64,000 nt of DNA from Gemmatimonadota bacterium (GTDB lineage Bacteria; Gemmatimonadota; Gemmatimonadetes; Gemmatimonadales; GWC2-71-9): positions 8,011 to 72,010 of the forward strand of contig JBDHJM010000020.1 in assembly GCA_039586895.1 (NCBI GenBank), read 5' to 3'. Shown here piece by piece: positions 56,545 to 64,000 of this stretch (its first letter is position 1; each line of letters starts with the position of its first letter). The notes under the pieces were generated by a model. That model saw only the letters and a program-made list of their open reading frames with translations. It did not search any database and was not told the DNA's origin. The position numbers and the translations under genes are program-made.

Positions 56545-57491
56545 GCTTCCTCATCCTCGGCGTACGCGCGGATGATCTCGCGCACCAGCCTGTGCCGCAC
56601 GACGTCCTCCTGGTCCAGATAACAGAAGGCCACCCCGTCGATGCCGGGCAGGATCCGCTCCACCTGGATCAGCCCCGACTCCTCGCGGTTGGGCAGGTCT
56701 ATCTGTGTCTTGTCCCCCGCGATCACCGCGCGTGAGTTCAGTCCCATGCGGGTGAGAAACATCTTCATCTGCATCCCGCTCACGTTTTGCGCCTCGTCCA
56801 GAATCACGAAGGCGTCCTGCAGCGTGCGGCCCCGCATGTATCCCAGCGGGGCGATCTCTATGGTGCCGGTCTCGAGAGCCCGCTGGACGCGCTCCCGCGG
56901 CATCATGTCCTCGAGAGCGTCGTACAGCGGACGCAGATACGGATCCACTTTCGCCTGCAGGTCACCGGGGAGGAAGCCCAGCCGCTCTCCGGCCTCCACC
57001 GCCGGCCGCGCCAGCACCAGCCGCCTCACCCGTTTGCGGGTGAGAGCCTCGACGCCCATTGCCACCGCGAGGTAGGTCTTGCCAGTGCCCGCCGGTCCCA
57101 CGCTAACCACGATCTCGTTGTCCCGCATGGCCTGCACGTACTCACGCTGGCCCTGTGACTTCGGCGTTACGACGCGCCGCGTACCCGGCAGCAGGATCTT
57201 GAAGTTGCCGTTGCCCAATTGGGCGTCGCGGCCGCCGTCGGCCACCAGGCGGCGCACGTCGTCCGGGCCCAGTTCCTCTCCCAGGCGAGCCAGGTCCACC
57301 ATGGCAGTGGCCACCCGCGAGGCTCGCTCGACCGCGTCGATCGCTCCGGCGAGCGTCACCTGCTCACCCCGCAGGCTCACCCGTACGCCGGTCTCTTTCT
57401 CCAGCACCTGCAGGTTGGCGTCGTTGACGCCGGCCAGGCTCAGAGGGTCGGCGCCCTCGGTGGAGATGCGGTGCGTGACGTCGCCGCTCAC
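56541..57491 (-). CDS. phoH: PhoH-family ATPase
   Basis: PKSQGQREYVQAMRDNEIVVSVGPAGTGKTYLAVA (Walker A), GFLPGDLQAKVDPYLRPLYDAL, FVILDEAQN, GD.TQIDLP. Confidence 0.9.
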   Translation of the reverse strand: MSGDVTHRISTEGADPLSLAGVNDANLQVLEKETGVRVSLRGEQVTLAGAIDAVERASRVATAMVDLARLGEELGPDDVRRLVADGGRDAQLGNGNFKILLPGTRRVVTPKSQGQREYVQAMRDNEIVVSVGPAGTGKTYLAVAMGVEALTRKRVRRLVLARPAVEAGERLGFLPGDLQAKVDPYLRPLYDALEDMMPRERVQRALETGTIEIAPLGYMRGRTLQDAFVILDEAQNVSGMQMKMFLTRMGLNSRAVIAGDKTQIDLPNREESGLIQVERILPGIDGVAFCYLDQEDVVRHRLVREIIRAYAEDEEA

Positions 57492-59273
57492 GCGTTGTCG
57501 ATCCTGAGCGCTAGCTCGGACAGCTCCGACGGGTTGAGCTCGGTCGGCGCATCCTCGAACAGAGCGCGTGCAGCGGTCGTCTTGGGAAAGGCGATGACGT
57601 CGCGCAGGCTGTCGGCGCCGGCCAGGAGCATCACGACCCGGTCGAATCCCACGGCGAAGCCGCCGTGCGGCGGCGCGCCCGCCTTGAGCGCACGCAGCAG
57701 GAAACCAAAGCGGCGCTCCGCCTCGTCCTGGGACATCCCCAGCAGATCGAGCACCAGGAGCTGGATCTCCGGATCGGTGATTCGGATGGATCCGCTGCCC
57801 AGCTCGTTGCCGTTGTATACGAGGTCGTAGTGCAGTGCCCGCACTCCGTCCCTCTCCCCGGAGCGCAGCCGCTCGATGTCATCGGGGTGGGGCGATGTGA
57901 ACGGGTGGTGTGCCATGAACCACTCGCCGCTCGCCGCGCCCAGCTCGAACAGCGGGAACTGCTCGATCCAGCAGAAGGCGTGGTGAACTTCCGCGTCCAG
58001 ACCGAGCCGGCGTATGACTCCCCTGCGCACCGCGTCCAGCGCCCGGGAGGTGACCTCGTCGGGTCCGGCCGTGGCCAGCAGCAGTGCTCCGTCCTCCAGC
58101 TGCGCCGCCTCGGCGGTCATTCCGTCCAGCTTCGCCAGCGGCCCCGTGAGGCTGCCGCCGTGGTGCTTCAGCGTGGCGAGCCCGCCCACCCCCGCTTCCT
58201 TGGCGAGCGCCGTGAGCGCGTCGAGATCCTTGCGGGATAGCGCAGCGCCGCCCGGAATGCGCAGGCCGCGCACACGCCCCCCTTCGCTCGCGGCATCGTC
58301 GAAAGCGCGGAAGCCGCGGCCGCCCAACAGCGCGCCCAGGTCGCTCAGCTCCAGGCCGTAGCGCAGATCCGGCTTGTCGCTGCCGTAGCGCTCCATCGCG
58401 TCGGCGAACGCCAGGCGCGGGAACGGGGCGGCGATCGAGGAGCCGGCCTCGTCCAGCAGCGCCACGAACAGCGTCTCCAGCACGCCGTATACGTCGTCGG
58501 GCGACACGAAGGACGCCTCGATGTCGATCTGCGTGAACTCCGGCTGCCTGTCGTGCCGCAGGTCCTCGTCGCGGAAGCACCGTGCGATCTGGAAGTAGCG
58601 GTCGAACCCGGAGACCATCAGCAGCTGCTTGTACAGCTGGGGGGATTGCGGCAGCGCGTAGAACTGCCCGCGGTGAACGCGCGACGGGACGAGGTAGTCG
58701 CGAGCGCCTTCCGGCGTGGGCTTGGTCAGAACGGGCGTTTCGATCTCGTAGAATTCCAGGTCCGTAAGCGTTGCCCGCGCCCGCTGCAGCAGCCTGTGGC
58801 GCAGCGCCAGGTTGCGCTGCAGCTCGGGACGCCGCAGGTCCAGATGCCGGTGCAGCAGCCGCAGCTCCTCCGACGGCGGGTCCTCTCCCTTGGTGCGCCA
58901 TACCGGTATGGGCAGCGCTTCGAGCTCGGCGGGACCCACCACTTCCAGCCGGTCCGCATGCACCTCGACGTCACCGGTCACCATTTCCGGGTTGCGCGCA
59001 TCTTCGGGCCGGCCCGTCACCTTCCCCTCAACCAGGATCACGGACTCGGTCGTCACCTCGAGGGCGCGCTCCATCACTTCCGGAGCGGTCCAGTCGGGAC
59101 CAAACGCGACCTGCACGATTCCGTCCCGGTCGCGCACGTCGAGGAACACCAGCCCGCCCAGGTCGCGCCGCCGGTGGATCCAGCCGCCGAGCCGCACCCG
59201 CGCACCGATGTGGGCCGCGCGGAGCGCACCGCAGCGGTGCGTGCGCATCGCAGTGGCTGTCATTCGCCCTTGT
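57488..59273 (-). CDS. aspS: Aspartate--tRNA ligase
   Basis: MRTHRCGALR...GWIHRRRDLGGLVFLDVRDRDGIVQV (OB-fold domain), FYALPQSPQLYKQLLM, CFRDEDLRHDRQPEFTQID (motif 2), GGFAVGFDRVVMLL (motif 3). Start is ATG 59273 or 59258; the ORF extension to 59431 is not credible. Confidence 0.9.
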
Positions 59274-59387
59274 AGTCCGTGGGGGAGTGGCTGGCGGGGG
59301 GGCCGTTCGCCCGATGCCGATTGGGTGTCTTCAAGTCTCTCCTGCGCAACGCCTAAGTTGCCCAAGTCTCTCTGCTGGTTGAACATA

Positions 59388-60359
59388 ATGGCCCCCTGTG
59401 GGGCCAGCAAGCGGCGGGTTGACACCCCCACCCGGGGCGGTCAACCTTCCCGCGTGCCGTCATTCTGGCGTCCCGCCGTCCTTGCCCTCGCGCTTTCCGC
59501 CGCCCAGCTCCACGCCCAGGCGCCCCCAGCGGCCGACTTTTGGAGGGTATCCGCCAGTTCCCTGACCGGTGCGGCTGCCCTAGAGACCGGCACCCTGGGG
59601 ATCTTCTGGAACCCCGCCCCGCCGCCACAGCCCGCCGGCCTCACGCTCGGGATCGAGATGGTCCAGACGTCGGACGCCCTGGGCCTCTCCGGGATCCTGG
59701 CCGGCGCCGGCTACTCGATTGGGCAGCTGGCGCAGGTCGGTTTGCTCTACGGCCGGATGCAGGTGCGCGACCTGGTGCGCACCACGACTTCGCCCACCAG
59801 CGTGGGGGGGGACATTCCCGTTTACGAACAGTTCCTCGGCGCCAACCTCGGGGTGCGCCTGGACCGCTTCCAGGCCGGCCTGACGGTGGCTTTCCACGAC
59901 CAGCGGTTCGACGTGCTGGACGAGAACGGCGTCACGCTGGATGCCGGGGTCCGCGTGGCGGTGCACCGGCACCTCAACCTCGCAGCGGCCACTCACTTCT
60001 TCCCCGTGGATTTCAGCCGGCAGGAGACCACCGATTACTACCTGGGTGCAGAGATCGTGGCCGGCGACTCGGTGCCGTTCGCCGGCAGTGTGGCGCGCGT
60101 CGTGCTGCAGCTGGGAACCACGTACAGGGGCTCCGAAGACTGGGAGTACACGATAGCGGGGGCCCTCACCGTGGCCCGCGTCGTGCGGGTCGAGACGGCC
60201 GTCACGAGCGAGGCGGCCTACGGAGAGCGCTTCCTACGGCTCGGAGTGGGCGTGTCCCTGTTCATCGGGCGCTACGGGATCGGGCTGGCCGCCGGCAGCG
60301 GCCAGAACGACGTCGGGGGGACCTACCGGGTAGGCATCGACGCGCAGCTGGTCCAGTGA
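59388..60359 (+). CDS. Secreted beta-rich protein (possible outer-membrane beta-barrel), unknown family
   Basis: ATG 59388 inside ORF 58812..60359. Signal-like FWRPAVLALALSAAQLHAQA, then alternating hydrophobic patterns (GVRLDRFQAGLTVAF, GVRVAVHRHLNLAAA, YRVGIDAQLV). The start is uncertain. Confidence 0.5.
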   Translation: MAPCGASKRRVDTPTRGGQPSRVPSFWRPAVLALALSAAQLHAQAPPAADFWRVSASSLTGAAALETGTLGIFWNPAPPPQPAGLTLGIEMVQTSDALGLSGILAGAGYSIGQLAQVGLLYGRMQVRDLVRTTTSPTSVGGDIPVYEQFLGANLGVRLDRFQAGLTVAFHDQRFDVLDENGVTLDAGVRVAVHRHLNLAAATHFFPVDFSRQETTDYYLGAEIVAGDSVPFAGSVARVVLQLGTTYRGSEDWEYTIAGALTVARVVRVETAVTSEAAYGERFLRLGVGVSLFIGRYGIGLAAGSGQNDVGGTYRVGIDAQLVQ

Positions 60360-61420
60360 ATCTGCTCGATCTCACTCCCGCCGACGCCGCGGCCCAGGTC
60401 GAGCAGTGGGTGGCAGCGCGCGGCGAGCCGGCGTACCGCAGCAGGCAGATCATCCCGCGTCTCTGGCAGCGTCCGGTCGCCGGCTGGTGCGATGCATCCG
60501 AGCTGCCCACCGGCCTGCGCGCCGCCCTCGAGGAGGAATTCCCGCTGCCGCGCCCAGGCCCCGTCGCCCGGCAGGAGTCATCCGACGGCACGATCAAGTT
60601 CCTGTGGGACCTGTCCGACCGGGGCGCCGTCGAATCGGTACTCATACCCGAGGGCCGGCGCCGCACCCTGTGCATTTCCAGCCAGGCCGGCTGTGCCTTC
60701 GGGTGCACCTTCTGCGCCACAGGCCGCATGGGCTTCATCCGAAACCTCGCATCCTGGGAGATCACGGCGCAGGTGCGGGAGCTGGTGCTCGACGATGCGC
60801 TCGGCAGGCCGAGCAACGTGGTCTTCATGGGAATGGGCGAGCCGCTTCACAACTGGGAGGCGGTTGACCGGGCCCTCACGATCCTGAACCACGAGGATGG
60901 GCTCGGTATAGGGGCGCGCCACATAACCGTGAGCACGGTGGGCCTGGTGCCCCAGCTCGAGGCCCTCTCTCGGCGCCCCGAGCAGTTCCGGGTCGCCCTC
61001 TCAATGCACTCCCCCTTCAGCGAGCGGCGCGGCACACTGATGCCGGTCGAGCGCAAATACCCGCTTCCCGCCGTGCTGGAGGTGTTGGCCCGGTTCCCCC
61101 GGCGCGTGACCTTCGAGTACGTCATGATCCGCGGTGTGAACGACGGCGAGGCAGACGCCCGCGAGCTGGCCCGGCTCGCCGCCTCGGTGGGCGCCCTGGT
61201 GAACCTGCTGCCGCTGCACCCCGGTGGTGCGCCAGATCTGGAGCCCACTCCGGCAGCCGCGGTGCGCCGCTTCGCCGCGGCACTGCGGGGCCAGGGAGTA
61301 AAGGCAACGGTGAGGAGAAGCCGCGGGCTCGACATCAGCGCCGCGTGCGGTCAGTTACGGACGGAAGTCGACCAGCGGCGCGGCGTCGTGCCCCAGAAGG
61401 ACGGTGGCGTCGAGCAGTAG
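60356..61420 (+). CDS. rlmN: 23S rRNA/tRNA m2A methyltransferase RlmN (radical SAM)
   Basis: GTGA overlap with the previous stop. YRSRQI, CISSQAGCAFGCTFCATG (CxxxCxxC), NVVFMGMGEPL, ITVSTVG, ALSMHSP, FEYVMIRGVNDG, NLLPLHP, ISAACGQL. Confidence 0.9.
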   Translation: MNLLDLTPADAAAQVEQWVAARGEPAYRSRQIIPRLWQRPVAGWCDASELPTGLRAALEEEFPLPRPGPVARQESSDGTIKFLWDLSDRGAVESVLIPEGRRRTLCISSQAGCAFGCTFCATGRMGFIRNLASWEITAQVRELVLDDALGRPSNVVFMGMGEPLHNWEAVDRALTILNHEDGLGIGARHITVSTVGLVPQLEALSRRPEQFRVALSMHSPFSERRGTLMPVERKYPLPAVLEVLARFPRRVTFEYVMIRGVNDGEADARELARLAASVGALVNLLPLHPGGAPDLEPTPAAAVRRFAAALRGQGVKATVRRSRGLDISAACGQLRTEVDQRRGVVPQKDGGVEQ

Positions 61421-61759
61421 CCGCGGGTCCGGATCCACCACCAGCAGTCCCACCCCCAGAGCCGCGCGGATCCGCACGGCCGTCGTCGAGTCACCACGCC
61501 GCACCGCAATCCGGGTTTGTCGCAGCGTGTCCATGGCGGCTGTGCCGAAGTAGACCACGTCGATCCCGGCGTGGCGCAACTGCCGGGTCGTGGCGCGGGC
61601 CAGGCCGGCAATGCCCGTGGCGTTCAGCACCTCGTCGGTAATGGCGTTGCCCCCCCCGGGTATCGGCCGCTGGCGCCGTTCCTCATCGGCACGCCAGGCG
61701 AGCCATGCGGCGAGAGCGATGACGGCTGCGGCGCCGGCTGCGGTCAGGATGCGGCGCAC
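61355..61759 (-). CDS. LytR_C-domain protein (membrane-anchored)
   Basis: GTG 61759 inside ORF 61355..62326. TM helix ILTAAGAAAVIALAAWLAW, then VLNATGIAGLARATTRQLRHAGIDVV...RIAVRRGDSTTAVRIRAALGVG, typical of the LytR C-terminal domain. Confidence 0.6.
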   Translation of the reverse strand: MRRILTAAGAAAVIALAAWLAWRADEERRQRPIPGGGNAITDEVLNATGIAGLARATTRQLRHAGIDVVYFGTAAMDTLRQTRIAVRRGDSTTAVRIRAALGVGLLVVDPDPRLLLDATVLLGHDAAPLVDFRP

Positions 61760-62292
61760 GCGAGAGCGTTCCAGAAGGCCACTGTTTCGGGAAGCAGCTG
61801 CTGACCGGCTGCAACGGTGAGGCCGATGCGTTCGGCAGCCACTGCCAGCAGCGCGCCAACGGGGTCGTGCGGCACGCTGGTGACCAGCGCCGCGTGCCTC
61901 GCCGCTGCGTGCTGCCGGCCGGGCTCCAGATAGTCGGCGAGGTACAGCATGCGGCCCGCGGCGTCCCAGCCACCGAAGCCCACGGAGTGGTAGCGCACGG
62001 CGTCGAGCACTCCCTGGTCGGCCTCGCCGTGCCGCCGAGCCATCGCGGCTGCTGCGGGCCCGTGGCGCAGCTGGTCGCTGCCCCACGCCTCGGGCGCCAG
62101 CTCGAGCAGCAGCTCTGGAGGCGCGTCCTTGAGCGCGTCGTGCAGTGCGGCGGCCCGGAGCCAGCGCGCCCGCTCGGATGCCGTCGTCTCGAGCGCATCG
62201 GCCCACTGTTCGATCAAGTGCGCTACGCGTTGGATGTGCGCGCGCCGCTTCTTCTTGACCTGCGCCCAGTCGGGCAGCGCCAAGCCGCTCAC
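61744..62292 (-). CDS. HD-domain protein, YqeK-like (bis(5'-nucleosyl)-tetraphosphatase type)
   Basis: RRAHIQRVAHL...AAALHDALKD...VRYHSVGFGGWDAAGRMLYLADYLEPGR resembles the YqeK HD hydrolase motifs (H...HD..K...H....ivy.AD..EpgR). Confidence 0.7.
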   Translation of the reverse strand: MSGLALPDWAQVKKKRRAHIQRVAHLIEQWADALETTASERARWLRAAALHDALKDAPPELLLELAPEAWGSDQLRHGPAAAAMARRHGEADQGVLDAVRYHSVGFGGWDAAGRMLYLADYLEPGRQHAAARHAALVTSVPHDPVGALLAVAAERIGLTVAAGQQLLPETVAFWNALACAAS

Positions 62293-63164
62293 GATGCCAC
62301 GCGCTCGTCTCGCGCGGTCCCTTCACCGAGCACGATGTTGTCTATCAGGCGGGCCGCCCCGAGCCGCGCGGCCACCGCTACGATGCTCGTCTCCTCGGCG
62401 AGCTGCACCGGCTCGAGCGCCGCCGGGTCCACGATCTCCAGGTACTCGATGGTGAACCGCGGCTCGGCCTCGATCGGGGCACGTGCCAGCGCCGCGAGGC
62501 GGCCGGCGTCTCGCTCGCCGGAGCGAAACGCTTCGTGCGCAGCTTCCAGGCCCTGCACCATTGCGCCGGCGACGCGCCTCTCCTCCTCGTTGAGGTAGGC
62601 GTTGCGCGACGACATCGCCAGGCCGTCTGCCTCCCGCACCGTGGGCGCCACCACGATTCGCACCGGCAGGTTGAGGTCCTGCACCATGCGGCCGATGACG
62701 GCCGCCTGCTGCGCATCCTTGCGGCCGAAAACGGCCACGTCGGGCTCGACGATGTTGAAGAGCTTCATTACCACCGTGAGCACGCCCTCGAAGTGACCGG
62801 GGCGGCCCGCACCGCACAGCCGCTGCGACAGCGCGCCAGGCACAACTGTCACCTGCGGCGCACTGGGGTACATCGTGCCGTCGCCGGGTACGAACAGGCA
62901 GTCGGTGCCGCGCGCAGCCGCGGCCCGGCGGTCCCGTTCCAGATCACGCGGATAAGCGGCCAGGTCCTCCTGCGGTCCGAACTGGATGGGATTGACGAAG
63001 ATGCTCACGGCCAGCCGGTCGCACTCCCCGGCGGCGATGTCCAGCAGCCGCAGGTGCCCCTCGTGGAGGTAGCCCATCGTGGGAACGAAGCCGACCGTGC
63101 GTCCCGCGGCCCGCTCGGCGCGCGACCAGGCGCGCATGGCCGCCGGATCGGCGATCTCGATCAT
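62289..63164 (-). CDS. panC: Pantoate--beta-alanine ligase
   Basis: GFVPTMGYLHEGHLRL, SIFVNPIQFGP.EDL..YPR, GHFEGVLTVVMKLFNIV.PD.AVFG.KD.QQ, MSSRN.YL. Confidence 0.9.
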   Translation of the reverse strand: MIEIADPAAMRAWSRAERAAGRTVGFVPTMGYLHEGHLRLLDIAAGECDRLAVSIFVNPIQFGPQEDLAAYPRDLERDRRAAAARGTDCLFVPGDGTMYPSAPQVTVVPGALSQRLCGAGRPGHFEGVLTVVMKLFNIVEPDVAVFGRKDAQQAAVIGRMVQDLNLPVRIVVAPTVREADGLAMSSRNAYLNEEERRVAGAMVQGLEAAHEAFRSGERDAGRLAALARAPIEAEPRFTIEYLEIVDPAALEPVQLAEETSIVAVAARLGAARLIDNIVLGEGTARDERVAS

Positions 63165-63976
63165 TCTTCGTAGGCGTGGTCGGCGTCGGGGTAGCGGCCT
63201 TCCCGCACTTCGGCTGCGTAGCTGCGCACGGCCGACTGGACGTCGTCCGCAAGCTCGGCGTAGCGCTTGAGGAACCTGGGCTCGAAGCCCCGGTTCAGCC
63301 CCAGCATGTCGTGCAGCACCAGCACCTGCCCGTCACAGTGCGGCCCGGATCCGATGCCGATGGTGGGGATGCTGACGGCCTCGGTCACTTGGCGCGCGGC
63401 ATCGGACGGCATGAGCTCGAGCACTATGGAAAACGCACCCGCGTCTTCGAGGGCCCGGGCGTCGTCCACCAGCGCCTGCACCGCGTCCGTCCCCCTGCCC
63501 TGCACCCGGTATCCGCCCAGCGCGTGGAGCGACTGGGGAGTGAACCCCAGGTGTCCCATCACTGGAATGCCGATCTCAACCAACGCGGCCACGGTCGGTG
63601 CGATTCGCGCGCCGCCTTCAAGCTTCACACCCTCCACGCCGGTCTCCTTCAGAACGCGGCCCGCACTTCGCTTGGCATCGTCCACGGACACCTGGTAGCT
63701 CAGGAAAGGCATGTCCACCGCGACCAGCGCGCGCGATACGCCGCGCCGAACGATGCGGCCGTGGTAGATCATCTGGTCGAGAGTGGCGGAAAGCGTAGTC
63801 GGCTCGCCGCACAGCACCGTGTTGAGCGAATCGCCCACCAGCACCACGTCCACGCCCGCTTCGTCCAGCAGCGCGGCGAACAACGCGTCGTACGCGGTGA
63901 GCATGACGATGCGGCGGCCGTCGCGCTTCATGCGCACCAGGTCCGTAGTGGTTACGGGCTTCTTGTCATCCGACAT
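63161..63976 (-). CDS. panB: 3-methyl-2-oxobutanoate hydroxymethyltransferase
   Basis: IVMLTAYDA.FA.L.DEAGVDV.LVGDSL, VDMPF.SY, G...VKLEGG, IPVMGHLG.TPQS, and IG.G..CDGQVLV.HD.LG. Confidence 0.9.
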   Translation of the reverse strand: MSDDKKPVTTTDLVRMKRDGRRIVMLTAYDALFAALLDEAGVDVVLVGDSLNTVLCGEPTTLSATLDQMIYHGRIVRRGVSRALVAVDMPFLSYQVSVDDAKRSAGRVLKETGVEGVKLEGGARIAPTVAALVEIGIPVMGHLGFTPQSLHALGGYRVQGRGTDAVQALVDDARALEDAGAFSIVLELMPSDAARQVTEAVSIPTIGIGSGPHCDGQVLVLHDMLGLNRGFEPRFLKRYAELADDVQSAVRSYAAEVREGRYPDADHAYEE

Positions 63977-64000
63977 GGGACTCGAGCTCCGCGAGCTCCC

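Noticed and set aside
63977-64000. Possible 3' end of another minus-strand gene upstream of panB.
   Set aside because: Only 24 nt are available, so nothing can be supported.

Overview
Very GC-rich bacterial chromosomal segment: third codon positions are almost all G/C (not computed), so every frame carries long spurious ORFs. Genes were called from recognisable protein families, signal peptides and lipoboxes, Shine-Dalgarno sequences, and the 4-nt start/stop overlaps (ATGA/GTGA) that are frequent here. I saw no rRNA, CRISPR array, transposase, integrase or phage genes, and I cannot assign a taxon from the sequence alone.

Content from 5' to 3':
- Partial SH3/coiled-coil lipoprotein, then tRNA-Leu(CAA).
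- Accessory-looking block at 1.0-6.5 kb: a small membrane protein, an orphan Fis-type HTH fragment, two unknown lipoproteins with extreme low-complexity modules, a sigma-54 activator with a degenerate receiver, and a third lipoprotein.
- ECF sigma, anti-sigma and Spy/CpxP-like operon.
- TetR gene plus a phenylacetyl-CoA epoxidase (paaA/D/B/C) and beta-oxidation-like cluster, ending in an amidohydrolase and a DASS transporter.
- Small conserved genes and a class IV aminotransferase.
- A 942-aa membrane-anchored SARP/AAA/TolB-like regulator.
- RNase G/E (apparently frameshifted), rplU and rpmA.
- ProX-type deacylase, acyl-CoA dehydrogenase, and an nfeD-floA operon.
- Short RecQ, a DRR-repeat/histone-H1-like basic protein, and MBL, GNAT and lipoprotein genes.
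- A roughly 21-kb co-directional minus-strand gene train: aspS, phoH, a PgpH-like gene, ybeY, two CNNM/CorC genes, DUF502, mgtE, meaB, methylmalonyl-CoA mutase large subunit, an eRF1/Pelota-like gene, the B12-binding subunit, a carboxyltransferase, an S8 peptidase, AtuA/DUF4387 and an enoyl-CoA hydratase.
- A beta-rich secreted protein, rlmN, a LytR_C protein, a YqeK-like HD protein, panC and panB.

Most interesting:
1. An eRF1-like gene whose GGQ-equivalent loop reads GGG, inserted between the two mutase subunits.
2. The kinase-less sigma-54 / lipoprotein module.
3. PaaD split into two ORFs on either side of paaB-paaC.
4. RNase G/E frameshifted exactly at the Zn-link motif.

All family assignments are by eye from motifs. 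No database search was run.
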